Positions 49,701-62,689 of a stretch of 64,000 bases of DNA are shown piece by piece. The notes beneath the pieces were generated by a model that was given only the letters and a program-made list of their open reading frames with translations, did no database searches and was not told the DNA's origin. Each line of letters begins with the position of its first letter. Position 1 is the stretch's first letter. The stretch is from positions 35,774,001 to 35,838,000 of the forward strand of contig CM060733.1 of NCBI GenBank assembly GCA_030704615.1, in the 5' to 3' direction. Made by a program: the position numbers and the translations under genes. The stretch is from Takakia lepidozioides. Lineage: Eukaryota > Plantae > Bryophyta.

Positions 49701-52414
49701 AGCGGTGATCATTTCGCATATCTCTGCATGAATCTTCCAAATAGTAAGGATTGATGAGCATTTGGGAGCTCAATCAATATTTGTGGCGATTGACATCATA
49801 ACTTCCATATGCACCCCAAATTCAGGCTTCTGTCTGACCATGATGACAGGAGGTGACAGCAAGCTATATGCGAAGATTGGGCATGGTGGTTGAGGAAGCT
49901 GAAGATGTGCAGGCAGCATTAACTGTGTTAAAGAGGTGCCCAATCTTTACCCTGCTTTTGGATTTCATCAGTCTGTCCTGGCATCAATCAGTAAGCATAG
50001 TTTCACAGGCTTTTACTGGGTGTTTCATGCATGTCGGATGATACACGACCCAAGAGATACGATGACTATACTCGACCTGTCTGATTCCTGTCCTGCAACC
50101 ATGTTGACAATGTGAATTCAAGTTTAAGTGGGCAGGCTCATGAAGGTCTGCATTGAGGGCTCTCTCATTCATCGATGAAACTGGAATTCATTAAAATTAG
50201 TGACCACAGTCATTTTCAAAGGGTATGTCGGTGTCCTGCCAGAAGTAGTTGAGTCAGAGTCATATGTAATTAGTGTCCATTAAGTCGTCACTCTAGGATG
50301 GATCTAAAGGGCCAGTTTGTAGTTAGTCTGAAACAAGGAGAATGTTCAAGAACAACTCTCTGACAGTTGTGCCAAATGTTTTGTGCAGAAAGGACCAGGT
50401 ATCGGTGCAGGCAGTGATTGTTGACTTGCAAGGGGTTGAATCTGCTCTGGACTTGGCTCGATTGGTTCGGAAGGAGCCTGGTCTTGCGACTATGCCCATG
50501 GTGGCTCTCTCATTGCTGCTAAGTAGCGATGGCCAAAAAGAACTTCAGGTAGCTGGGTTTACATTCACTGTGCAAAAGCCACTCCGGCTGTCAATTCTGG
50601 CATATGGCTTGCTACAGGCCTTGGGGATGCAGCCCCCACCCTTTTCAGCGAAATCAAACATTCATTCTAAGATGCTTGCTGGAAGGAGGTTGCTTCTGGT
50701 ACGTTGCTGAGTTTGTTCTTTGCCTTGATCATTGCACATGCAGTAGAAACCTTGGTGAAGGATGGAAAAGTGTTCTCAGCACTGAGCATATTGGGCAATC
50801 TTTGTTTTGGTGGTCGTGTATCTGTGTATCTCTCTGTCTTTATTCTGTTCTGTCCTTGGGCCTGTTAGGAGTCTTCCATTATGAGGATCCAAAGTGCTTG
50901 TCAGCTTTTCTGCATGAAGCTTTGACCCTTAGGCAATCCCTTGAGCAGTAGTTGCTTCTGGGCTGCTTCCGGCTTCACTCTTTTGCTTTTATTCTCTTTC
51001 TTGTTTCTTGTTTTCCTCTTGTACCATAGGCTCTTTGAGCTCTCTGCGAACATTATAGAGTTCCATTGCATTGCAATTCATTTCTTCTCTTGTCTTTACT
51101 AATGTCATGATGTTGTTTGTAGGTGGATGACAATGCGGTCAACCGAAAGGTGGCATCATCAATGTTGTCACGATATGGAGGGACAGTTGAGAGTGTGAAT
51201 GGTGGAATAGAGGCAGTTTCCGCCGTCAAAAACCAAGAAGCAGGCCAGCAGTTTGACTTGATCTTGATGGATATTCAGATGCCTGAGGTATCCACAAACA
51301 TTGTTGGATGTGTTCTTGATTTCTTTCCATAGGCAATTTCTGTGTCCAATGTGTGAGCTTCTTGTTGCATGAAGGGCTTTAATTGAGTAGGAGACATTCC
51401 CATCCTGCTTACGGGCAATGGACTGATTCGTCCTGGAGGAGTCATGGCAAATACGTGCCCATTGTGAAATGAATTTCACATTTTATGATGATATCTATAC
51501 AGGGCTGTTGTTAGGGGAGTTGCATTGGTTTTTGTGTCCAGAGTGGTGGCATGTCCTTGTCATCCAGACTGTTGGTCTCCAGAAAGGTACCTGATTGCAG
51601 GTTGAGGATCAGGCTCAAAATATGGCTTCACTCGATTGCGTCAGTGCAAATGGATAGCGCATAACTAGCAGTAACACAAATGATCCCCTTTTGGTTGCAG
51701 ATGGATGGATATGAAGCCACTCGGCAAATACGCATTTGGGAGGCTGCAAGGTGTGAGAAGTGTCAGACTGAAGGAGTTAGTGAACCCATCTCTCTTGCAG
51801 GCAGAGAGTTCTGTGCTCACAGTCGGATTCCTGTAGTTGCAGTCACTGCTGATGTTATGAAGGGGACAGATAAACTTTGCTTCAATGCTGGCATGGACAA
51901 CTACATTTCCAAGGTACAATCCATCCTTGTAAGGCTGCTTTGGTTTTTCAATCCAGGAAGACTTTCCATCAGATTATACTGATGTGGGGTTTCTGACTTG
52001 ATATGTAGATAGTGGTCAGGGTGTAAGAGGAAAAGCCCCATGTTGGTGCCTGGGGAAGAGGGCTTTATGTAGGTCAGACTCCCTTGCATCTCCAGCAGGT
52101 ACTGGACAAAAAACTGATGCAGTACTGTATGTTTGTCAAAATGATCAATCGGTCAGCAGTCACTAACGCTCTTGTTGGAGTTCCTAATACTCTCCAATTA
52201 GTTGCATCTGGTGTATGCAGCACCCATTCTTCTTGAAAGTCATTTTTGGTAAGTTTGCGCAAATATATGAGAGTCTAAGCCTTCCTCATGTGTATTTTGG
52301 GTTGGGTCTGAATTACAGCCTCTGGACCCGAAGCAATTGCACGCGGTGCTGGAGAGGTTCCTTGGTAGCAATAGACCAGACCAGGCAGATGTTGGAGGCG
52401 GTTCTACCAAGTGA
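40734..52414 (+). CDS. CHK: CHASE-domain hybrid histidine kinase (cytokinin-receptor-like), ~15 exons
   Basis: TM segment; CHASE ([32 protein letters not shown]); TM; H-box [13 protein letters not shown]|TPMNGVIG; [12 protein letters not shown]; GDPGRLRQ; N box NLVGNSMK; VEDTG|IGI; [21 protein letters not shown]; receiver-like domain; receiver [14 protein letters not shown]|MDG..K|PLD. Exons ~40734-40931, 41800-42350, 42589-43032, 43474-43497, 44049-44138, 44945-45155, 45861-45892, 46216-46642, 48881-48993, 49097-49294, 49850-49934, 50389-50698, 51123-51287, 51701-51913 and 52319-52414. Confidence 0.92.
41620..41730 (+). pseudogene. PGK: Phosphoglycerate kinase fragment inside CHK intron 1
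   Basis: [28 protein letters not shown] matches the [17 protein letters not shown] signature. Confidence 0.8.
45394..45790 (-). mobile_element. 5'-truncated LINE family A (RTE-X-like, (CATTT)n tail)
   Basis: [23 protein letters not shown]-terminal motif; gaaatgaaatgaaatg on + strand. Confidence 0.8.
46800..48520 (-). mobile_element. LINE family A, longer copy with RT C-terminal part, plus an adjacent short tail copy
   Basis: [13 protein letters not shown]-like region, [10 protein letters not shown] (YADD-like), [19 protein letters not shown] and [11 protein letters not shown]. Frameshifted. Confidence 0.85.
49345..49705 (+). mobile_element. LINE family A 3' fragment, shared with the paralog intron at ~60445-60612
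   Basis: ccgtgggagattccactgtctattccacggaacgcaatctgtcactgaag occurs at the same intron site in both CHK copies. Confidence 0.8.
49547..49690 (-). mobile_element. 144-bp solo LTR containing a tRNA-like sequence (Helenus-like TRIM)
   Basis: TGTTGG...CCAACA termini; 5-bp TSD GTTAT at 49542-49546 and 49691-49695. Internal minus-strand ggacgggtagctcagcggtagagc...ctaggttcaatccctaccccgacca has A/B boxes and a near-cloverleaf fold. Confidence 0.85.
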
Positions 52415-52639
52415 AGTTTGACACCACCCTGATTATGGACTTTTGCTTTCTGAAAGTTCACTGCTTGAAGTATGCAGTAGCAAATTAATTGAAAGAAGGA
52501 AGAGTGTCTCTTGGATCAGCAAACGCATTTTCTGTTTCAGACATACAACATGTCAACTTTTTTTTTGCTGGTGATCCAGTGTCTTGTGCTAGCTTGCATG
52601 TTGTGATTCAAACATCAAGATCATTGTTTTCTCTCGTTA

Positions 52640-52805
52640 CCTGCAGAGGCCTTGACCCTTGGGCAATCCCTTGAGCAGTAGTTTCTTTTGGGCTGCTTTT
52701 TGGCTCTGGTTTTGTCTCCTCTCTCTTATTTTTTTCCATTTTGTCCCATAAGCTCCTTGAGCTTTCCGCAGACGTTATAAAGTACAATTTCATTTCATTT
52801 CATTT
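52640..52805 (+). mobile_element. LINE family A 3' tail fragment (similar short copies at ~38808-38880 -, 45240-45300 + and 50870-51080 +)
   Basis: ttgtcccataagctc..gagctttccgc.gacgttataaagtac..(catttc)n shared 3' end. Confidence 0.75.
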
Positions 52806-53735
52806 CTCTTGGGTGTTTGTTTCGTTGCTTTTATATGATAGATCAAGAGTACATAAACAAGTTCCTGCAGGAGGGCTTGTACAATGCCACCCAAAATTCT
52901 ACTAGTAACCTCTAATGTTGCTTCTTTATCATCGCCTATAGGCCACTGTGTCTCTGTCAACCCAGCTCGGGATCCACCACCTTTCCACTTTCACCCCTCC
53001 CAAGCAGACTGAGATACTCACCCTGTATTTTCGTTCTTAGATAACATGTAGTGCGGGAACCTGGCACATGAACATGAACTGCTACTCGCTACTCATATGC
53101 TAAGTAACCCAGGTTCCTCATCTCATTAAAACTATGGAAGACCACATGGTTTAAAAGTATATTAACCAATCTTGAAGGCTGCCCAGGGTCAAGAGTGTCA
53201 GTCAGTAAACATGACATGGCCTACCTCAAGAGCGCGCTATTGCATGCCTATCTCTTTCCTGAAGTACAGAAGACTATGAACATCCAGTAACCACCATAGA
53301 ATGGATGCCAAGAGTAAGCTTGCCTGTGCCAGGAGAGTTGAGCCGGAATCTCATTCAGTGACTTTTCTATTGTGGTCAACCTAACTGGACATTTTCAGTG
53401 TCACTTCTACCTCAAAGGCTTGGAGGTTTGATTTACATAGGCCTTCCTCCCTGCACAAGAATCTCTATCTTTGGATGCTGAAAATGTAGTGCATGACTTG
53501 AAACCATAGACAGCTAACAGCCCTGTAGTAGATTTCTTACCTTAAATGCAAACATGCAAGGGTGAGGGACCTTGTTGTCACTATCTGTGCATGCATTAAG
53601 GATGGATTCAGCAAGGCAAGGTAATCTTGAACTTACATACTGATGATGATTTTACCTTGAGAAGCCTTGGCTTGTAGATTTTTCAAGTGGGATAAGCACT
53701 TTGTAAGTTACAAAAAAGAACCCTGGATGTCACAG

Positions 53736-53831
53736 CCTCTGGACCCGAAGCAATTGTATGTGGTGCTGGAGAGGTTCCTCGGTAACAAAGTAGCAGACAA
53801 GGCAGATGTTGGAGGGAGGACTACCAAGTGA
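53736..53831 (+). other. Duplicate CHK terminal exon with intact acceptor and stop
   Basis: cacag|cctctggacccgaagcaattg...accaagtga encodes PLDPKQLYVVLERFLGNKVADKADVGGRTTK*. Confidence 0.8.
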
Positions 53832-55139
53832 ATTTGGACATCAACCTCATTCTTGCTATCCGAAAGTCCACTGCTTGTATAAATGATTCAAGATTGTCCA
53901 CTTCACCTCAGGCAATTTCGGCATAATGTTTATACATGTTGATGACCAGCCCCTCAAATGTATTGGTTTCTTGCCTTTCTATAATGATAATAATCATCAA
54001 GAAGCTTGCAATAGTTCTGCAAACGTCTACAGCTTGTGAATCTGCAAAGGAAGGAATTTATTATTATTCTGATTTTGATTTTGAGGTAAAGTTCCAATAA
54101 TTGTGGTTCCAGTTATCAGGCAATGTGGGAGACTGGTTGCTACCCTCTTTGTTTGGAGCTTTGCCTAAAATAGAACAGCCCTTAAATTAGATTCTTACTC
54201 AACTCTCCTGGAATTGGCACATAGGCAACTTTAGTCATGGGATCCTATGTAGTGCATGTTATAGTTTTCATGCATTTCAGGAAAGAGTTAGGCCAGCAAT
54301 AGGTCTGTTGCAATGTGTATACCTGACTACACTGTTGACCTTGGGCAGCCTTCAAGACTGGTGAAAACACCTTTGCACCATGTCTTGCATAGTTTCCATG
54401 AGACAAGGAGTCTTTGAGTCTTTTTCTAGCATATGAAGTACCACTACAGCTGGGTTAGGGTCTGATGCAAGCAACAATCATGTCAATTGATGTATTCTAG
54501 GCAACAGATTACACACAAACTCCTGAATTGTCAGGTTGAGAGAGACAGTGACCTATAGGTTCTGATAAGGTGGCCTATAGGCACCTATGATCTATGATAT
54601 TCAAAACAGCAGTGAAAATAATGAGAAAATAATGATCTTTGAGTCACAACATGCCATCCGGCACAAGGCCTTGGATTGCCAGCTAATATTGATAGGTCTT
54701 GTGTCTGAAAGAGAGATGCTTGTGGTGACCCCATATCTACCTGCAAGAGGCACTCAGAATTCTCTTGGGATGATTTTCTTTGGGATTTCAATTAGATTGT
54801 TACCGCAACCTTCAACTGTGGCTACCAGTGTGGCATGTCCAAGACTAACACCCAGACCTAGATCAAGAGTAGGCAAATTAAGCAGGGCTTCAAAAAACCG
54901 GTAGAAAATGTAAGGCAGGAAGAGTTACACCATCTAAACTTGAAGCAAGTTTTAAAGCAGAAAAAACCTAGTTTCTGGTTAGTGTGCAGTGACTTGGTGC
55001 CTTACAGGGATTGATTGTGAAACAACTGGGGTAAGAAGGCAAGAAGAGTTAAAGCTGGGGATCAGTGAAAGGGTTTTCCATCAAATGGCAAGCCTGGATG
55101 TGTATATTTTCAGGCATTACAGTGTAATGACAGGACAAG

Positions 55140-56070
55140 TTAGGCCTGCCTTGGAGTACGCATCTGCCATGTGGGTCGACACTCCAACCATGCTAAATCT
55201 CTAAAATCCAGATTGCGGTGCTCAAAGAGAGCATGTCAGCCTGCTCTAGAACATATTAGGTGGCTGTTCGGGGTCAGTTTGGAATACCTCCCTTAGCTCT
55301 CGACATAATGAGTTCAAAGTCAGGTAGTTGGGGTCAGTTGAATCGCATGTCTAATACCAAATACCCTAGATGACCGACTGTATTTCTTGGAGGAAGACGT
55401 CCTATTAAACAGGCAAAGTCCTGGCAGAAAAGGGTAGAAGAGATTTCCAAGACTCCGATTATTAGTCCAGAAGAATTGACCATTTTAGATGAAGCTGACC
55501 TGGAGGTTGCAGTCTAAAGCCATGTCAGATGCCGAAAGACTCCCATTTTGGCATAGGTATCCCTGAACTTGTTTCCAAATTTGTGACGTGGGCGAGGGCC
55601 TCAAGGATGATCTGACGGGCCTACGTACCCTCGGCACTGAAATTTAAACCTTCCTTTGAACATAAACAGATGCAGAGAGGAAGAGGAGATTGTAATTGCT
55701 TGATGTGCGGGCAGCCTGAAGACAATATCCATTTCCTGATACAAAGTCCCGGGTATTCTCACCAGAGAGTGACCCTCTTCAGGAACATCAAGAACATTGT
55801 TCCTGAACCTCCTCTGTTCACCAACTATGAAAATTTCTAGGCTGAGCCTAAGCCCTTGTCCTGTTGGGGTCTGATTGCTGGGCGGTTCATACACAGCAGA
55901 TTGGTGCTTGTGTGAAGGGCTTAGGAAAGCCTGAACTAACTGTTTATACCAAGGTTTATGCCCACCACCAGAGTGAGCCCCTCACTAAGGTACTGTCCGT
56001 TCCCCTTTGTTCCGCCCAAACTGGGTGCGGGATCTATGCTCACAAGGCTGCGGCAAACAATGTCTTCTCA
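55140..56070 (+). mobile_element. Degenerate LINE family B 3' part
   Basis: Colinear with 61525-62490 (VRPALEYASAMW..., aaacaggc.aagtcctggcagaa, 3' caaactggg.gcggg...acaaggct.cggcaaacaa). Confidence 0.75.
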
Positions 56071-56454
56071 GTATATTTATTCCCTTGGTCTGCCTTTTCT
56101 AGTGTACACAAGTAAAGGGAAGCTCCCATGAAAGAGGGTAGCAACCGGTCTCCCACATTGCCTGACAATTAGCTACACAATCCACAATATCACAGCCAAG
56201 TGTTGTCCCAAAATCAGAACACAGAAAGTTCCTTCCTCAGCAGATTTGCAAGCTGTAGGCGTTGCAGCACCTTTGCAAACTTGTTGACGATTAAACTATG
56301 GAAAGGCAAGAAACCAACACATTTGAGTAGCTGGTCATCAGCATGTATAAAAAGTATGCCGAAATTCCCTGAGGTGAAGAGGACAACCTTGAATCATTTA
56401 TACAAGCAGTGGACTTCAGAAAGCATGAGTCCATCATGGGGTTGGTGTCTGAAT

Positions 56455-59400
56455 TCACTTGGTAGTCCTCCCTCCAACATCTGCCTTGTCTGCTCTTTTG
56501 TTACCGAGGAACCTCTCCAGCACCGCATGCAATTGCTTCGGGTCCATACCAACCGAAAATACACATGAGGAAGGCTTCAACTTTCTGATATATTTGCCAA
56601 AACATAACCACAAAAGACTTTCTAGGTCACCACTCCATAGAAGGAATGGGCGCTCATACACCAGACGCAACGAATTGGCGACCATTAGGCACTCTAATAA
56701 GAGTGTTGGTGACCTGCTGAATAAAACTGCTCATGTGGACAGACATACAGTACTGCATTAGTATATTGTCCTGTACTTGGTGGAGATGCAGGGGAGTCTG
56801 ACCTAAATAAAGTCTCCTTCCTCAGGCACCAACATGGGGTTTTAACTCTTACATCCCTGACCACTATCTACAAATCATGTCAGAAACCCCAGGTCACTAC
56901 ATGACCATAGAGTCTTCCTGGATTGAAACACCAAAGCAGCCTTGCAAGAATGGATCGTACCTTCGAAATATAGTTGTCCATGCCAGCATTGAAGCAAAGC
57001 TCATGCGTCCCCTTCATAACATTAGCAGTGACTGCAACTACAGGAATCCGACTGTGAGGACAGAACCCTGTGCCTGCAAGAGAGATGGGATCAGTAACTC
57101 CTTGAGTCTGACACTTCTCACACCTTGCAGCCTCCCAAATGCGTATTTTCCGTGTGGCTTCATATCCATCCATCTGCAACCAAAAGGGGATCATTTGTGT
57201 TACTGCTAGTTATGCGATATCCATTTGCATTGACGCAATCGAGTGAAGCCATATTTTGAGCATGATCCTCAACCTGCAATCAAGTACTTTTCTGGAGACC
57301 AACAGTCTGGATGACAAGGACATGCCACCACTCTGGACACAAAACCCAATGCAACTCCCCTAACAACAGCCCTGTATAGATATCATCATAACATGTGAAA
57401 TCCATTTCACAATGGGCAAGTATTTGCCAGACTCCTCCAGGACGAATCAGTCCATTGCCCGTAAGCAGGATGCGAATGTCTCCTACGCAATTAAAGCCCT
57501 TCATGCAACAAGAAGCTCACACATTGGACACAGAAATTGCCTATGGAAAGAAATCAAGAACACATCCAACAATGTATGTAGATACCTCAGGCATCTGAAT
57601 ATCCATCAAGATCAAGTCAAAATGCTGGCCTGCTTCTCGGTTTTTGACGGCGGAAACTGCCTCTATTCCACCATTCACACTCTCAACTGTCCCTCCATAT
57701 CGTGACAACATTGATGATGCCACCTTCCGATTGACCGCATTGTCATCCACCTGCAAACAACATCATGACTCATTAAAGTGGAGAGAATACGATTTTACTG
57801 CATCCCTAAGAGGCCCGAGGACAGAACAGAATAAAGCCAGAGAGAGGTACACAGATGCACGACCACCAAAACAAAGATTGCCCAATATGCTCAGTGCTGA
57901 GAACACTTTTCCATCCTTCACCAAAGTTTCTGCTGCATGTTGTGATGATCAAGGAGAAGAATAAGCTCAGCAGCATACCAAAAGTAACCTTTTTGCAGTG
58001 AGCAACTTGGAATCAATGCTTGCTTTTGCTGAAGTGGGTTGGAGCCGCACCCCGAAGGCCTGCAGCAAGCCATATGCCAGAATTGACAGCCTGAGTGGCT
58101 TTTGCATGGTGAATGTAAACCCAGCTACCTGAAGATCTTTTTGGCCATTGCTACTGAGCATCCATGAGAGAGCCACCATGGGCAGAGTCGCAAGACCAGG
58201 CTCCTTCTGAACCAATCGAGCCAAGTCCAGAGCAGATGAGAGATCAACCCCTTGCAAGTCAACAATCACTGCCTGCACCGATACCTGGTCCTTTCTGCAC
58301 AAACCATTTGGCACAACTGTCAGAGAGTTGTGCTTGAACGTTCTTCTTGTTTCAGACTAACTACAAACTGGCCCTTTACATCCATCCTAGAGTGACTAGA
58401 CTTAATGGACACTAATTACATATGACACTGACTCAAACTACTTCTGGCAGGACACCGACATACCCTTTGAAAAGGACTGTGGTCACTAATTTCAATGAAG
58501 TCCAGTTTCATTGATGAATGAGAGAGCCCTCAATTGCAGACCTTCATGAGCCTGCCCTCTTAAACTTGTATTCCCATTGTCAACATGGTTGCAGGACAGG
58601 AATCAGACAGGTAGAGTATAGTCATCATATCCTTTGGGTCGTGTGTAGCCTATTCTGCTGTCTATCATCCAACATGCATGAAACACAGACCCTGTAAAAG
58701 CCTGTGAAACTATGCTTACTGATTGATGCCAGGACGGACTGATGAAATCCAAAAGCAGTGTAAGGATTGTGCACCTCTTTAATACAGTTAATGCTGCCTG
58801 CACATCTTCAGCTTCCTCAACCACCATGCCCAATCTTCGCATATAGCTTGCTGTTACCTCCTGTCATCATGGTCAGACAGAAGCCTTTGGGGTGCATATG
58901 GAATTTATGATGTCAATCGCCACAAATGTTGATTGAGCGGCCAAATGCTGATCAATCTTTACTATTTGGAACATCCATGCAGAGATATGCAAAACGATCA
59001 CTACTACAGGGACTTCAAATGATTAGAAGCCTTTGGCGACTCAATCACAGCTCATTATGATCTTTTGCAGAACACGCTGCAGAAGGAAAAACATGTAGTA
59101 GAGACGCAAAAGCGTGTTCCCATGAGATGTTTTCCGTAGCCTTGTGGCCATAGACCCCGCCCCCAGTTTGAGGGGAACATGAGGGAACAGACACTACCTA
59201 TGTGAGGGGCTCACTCCATTAGTGGAGAAATGAAATGAAATGATACTTTATAATGTCCGTGGAAAGCTCAAAGAGCTTATGGGACAAAATGGAAAAAAAC
59301 ATGAGAGAAACGAAATGAAATGAAATGGTGCTTTATAACGTTCGCGGAAAGCTCGTAGAGCTTATGGGACAAAATGGAAGAAAACATGAGAGAGGAACAA

Positions 59401-61230
59401 ATCCAGAAACCACAATTAATGTTCTAGCGATTGTCTAAGGGTGAAGGCCTCGTGTAGGTAGTCTGCCAAGCATTTTTGATCCTCATAGTGAAAGACATCA
59501 GTGAGAGTTTGGGTTCCACTGAATAAACAGTGGAATCTCCCACGGATCTCGTAGTATAGAGGGCAGTAGAAGAAGAGGTGTTCTTCAGTTTCAATTTCCT
59601 TGCTGCGCCCTATGCAAGCTGGACATAGGTGGTCCTCCCGTTGCAGGTTTTCCCATCTGCCAGTCTCTATCCGTAGGTTGTGGGAACCCACCCTGAACCG
59701 CCCCAATGCCCTCAAGAGGGAAGGAGATAAGGGTGCTGAAAGGTAATTTGGTCTCAAGATTCTATCATCGCGGAGCACCAAGAATGTCTCTCGATAGAAG
59801 TGGAGCTTTGTCGTGAGATTGGGTAGCATCCAAGTTCTCTTGACATGTAATTCCATAAGCTCTCTCCGAATGAGTTCTGTTGCGGTCATGTCTGGATGTG
59901 ATGTCCACCTCATCTGGGTTCAGTGGTAATAGGAAAGCAGTAGAAAGTCCGTTACGTTGAAATAAACTGTCCACTCGAGCATACCAGGAGTTCCTGAAAC
60001 CTGCAGCTTTGAGCCTCATAGATGTTGTGAGGGCCCTTGCCACTAGCCCTTTGGGTGGAAGGGCCTGCAATCTATGGAGAAAGATTGTAAGCCTGAAGAG
60101 GGCCTCGGATTGCAATGGTACACATGCGAACTCTGCATCTAGGATCTGAGATGGAGTTGTGCTCCTGGCGCCAAGCATTGCTTGGAGAAAAGATGACTGT
60201 AATGGTTCCAAATTCTTTTCCCACCAGGAGACAGGGACACCAGGTGCCCAGAACTCACAACCATAGATGGTAGCAGGGCTGACGACGGTGTCAAACAGCC
60301 ACTTTTTGGTCGGGGGATGCCGCAGATGTATTTGCTTGCATTTGGCCTGAAGGCGGACGGAGGCGCCCTTACCTTTAGTCAACCTGTCCAAGGCAGTGGC
60401 TGCAAAGTGAAACTTGGGGGAGTGGATAACCAGACCTAGGTACCGGTATGAGAGAGAAAACAAAACCAGACCCAAAAAAACTAATGCTCAGAGGGATTGT
60501 CTAAGGGTGAAGGCCTCGTGCAGGTAAGCTGCCAAGCATTTCTGATCCTCATAGTGGAAGACTTCAGTGACAGATTGCGTTCCACGGAATAGACAGTGGA
60601 ATCTCCCACGGATCAGGAAGGAAATGAGAGACAGACTAGCAATCAAAGGCCTCTTCATACGTATGAGTGTTATCACCTGTCGGACCGGATGCTTGTCAAC
60701 TACTAAAACTCTGGTTCCTCTCAGCTGTTCGTCTGGAAACTGAGGGTTGCAAATTACACTTGGATCTTTCTCCGATTTTCCACCTTGGGACAATTCGAGT
60801 GTAAACTCAAACACGCTTCCCTCTCCAAACTGGCTAGAAAGTGTGAGTTGTCCGTTCATTAAATTAGCTAATTTCTGCAACCGCACACAACAGCCAGCCC
60901 ACCCATGACCTCATGAGAGTTCAGCCATTTGCGAAATTGCCCAACAGTAAAAGTTTTAGACATGAGCGTCTAATACAAATCACACTGCTCAAACATAAAC
61001 GCTACAGTCACCTGAGAGATAGATAAGCCAATACCGGTACCCCCATATTCCCTTGAGGTACTGCTGTCCGCCTGTAGAAATGGTTGGAATAGACGATTCT
61101 GCAGATGCAAGGGGATGCCAATACCTGCAATCAGATTTCCAAACAGTAATTGGATATTGTTCTTCACAGAATTTTTGTTAATACAGCTAGCAGCTAACAT
61201 TGACCACAAACCAGGCAACGTACAGCTGAC
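56455..61230 (-). pseudogene. CHK: Inverted paralog of the CHK gene; only exons 9-15 visible, last-exon acceptor deleted
   Basis: ORFs 60970-61218, 60488-60886, 58603-58842, 57967-58314, 57541-57756, 56880-57194 and 56455-56685 mirror the + strand exons, with conserved introns. Confidence 0.85.
59226..60445 (-). mobile_element. LINE family A insertion (doubled tail) in the paralog intron
   Basis: YLG...IYGCEFW...[35 protein letters not shown]. Two (CATTT)n tails. Confidence 0.85.
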
Positions 61231-61524
61231 ATCATGCCCAACTGCAACCCATTCTCTCTACCAGTATCTCTTGCTCGTATCTCCCTGGTTCCCCCCAAAC
61301 TGGGCAGTGTCTATGGCCACAAGGCTATGGCAAGCAACGTCTACTGAGTACATTCTCTTACTCATTTTCAGCCTGCAAGCAGAGTCTTCTGGTGACATCT
61401 GGATACAATAGATGACTACTTTTGCTTTTCTAGTTTGTCCCATGGGCCCCTGTGGACACATGAAGATTCAATTACTATGGGACATTGCTGTTCTATTGTG
61501 TCCATTGCTGCTCATTGCATCTCT

Positions 61525-62490
61525 TCCCTCTCTTCTGCTATATGGGTTGATAACCCCAACCAGGCTAAGTCTCTAGAATCCATTCAAGTGGGGGTGCTTA
61601 AGGAGTGTATGTCAGCATGCTCCAAAACAGCCAATGTGGCTGTTCGGGGTGAGTTTGGCGTTCCGTCCTTAAGCTCCCGACGAGATGAATTCAAGGTCAG
61701 ATGGTGGGGTCAGCTGCAACATATGCCCAACACCAGATATCCTAAGTTAATCGACTCTATATCTTGGACACAGGACCGCCCTGTCAAACAGGCTAAGTCC
61801 TGGCAGAAGAGAGTAGAAGAGATCCTCAAGGACCTGGACCTGGATCCGCAAGTCTTGACCCTGCTGGATAAATCTGACTTAGAGGCTGTAGTGTCCTCAG
61901 TCATGTCTGTTGCCATGAGATTGTCTGATGAAAATGAAGTTAGGCAGAAAACTTCCCTGAACTTGTTTCCAGTCTGTGACATGGGGGAGGACATCTTGGA
62001 TGACCTCAAGGGTCTACCCACTCTCGGCACTAGACTGAAATTTAAACTCAGGGCAGGAAGCCTACCTTTGAACAACAGAAGCAGAGAGGAAAGGGAGAGT
62101 GCAATTGCCCGTTGTGTGGGCAATCTGAAGACAGTATTCATTTTCTGATACACTGTCCGGGGTTCTCTCACCAAAGAGACCCTCTCTTCAAATCTATTAA
62201 GGGAATTGTGCCTGTACCCCTGTTTACCAACTTTGAAAGTCTCGAGGCTGAGCCAAAAGCCCAGGCCCTCCTGAGGCCTAGTTTTTGGGCTAATCACACA
62301 CAGCAGATTGATGCTTGTGTGAAGGGATTTCTAGAGGATATCTGGAAAACCCGGATTAATTCTTTATATGGAGGTAAGTCTTACTACCAACGTCAGCCCC
62401 TGACAGAGGTAGGTTCTGTCCCTTTTGTTCCCACTCAAACTGGGCGCGGGGTCAATGGCCACAAGGCTACGGCAAACAACGTCTTATGAG
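61525..62490 (+). mobile_element. LINE family B 3' part (post-RT region and Cys/His knuckle)
   Basis: LESIQVG...KTANVAVRGEFG...LKFKLRAG..CPLCGQSEDSIHFLIHC across a frameshift. Confidence 0.8.
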
Positions 62491-62689
62491 TACAATCTCT
62501 TGTGTAATATAAATGAGCGCTCGTAGTTCGCTCATACGTTCCTGAGCGCTTGACCTGCATGAAGTATTCTGCCCTTGTGCAAAGTTTGGGATTTCATCTC
62601 AGCTTTCATTTTTAAGGGTTCACCATCACGTTCTTCTACAGTCACTCTTGGGCACTTTGGGCCTCCTTTCTCTTTCTTATATAGTGTGG

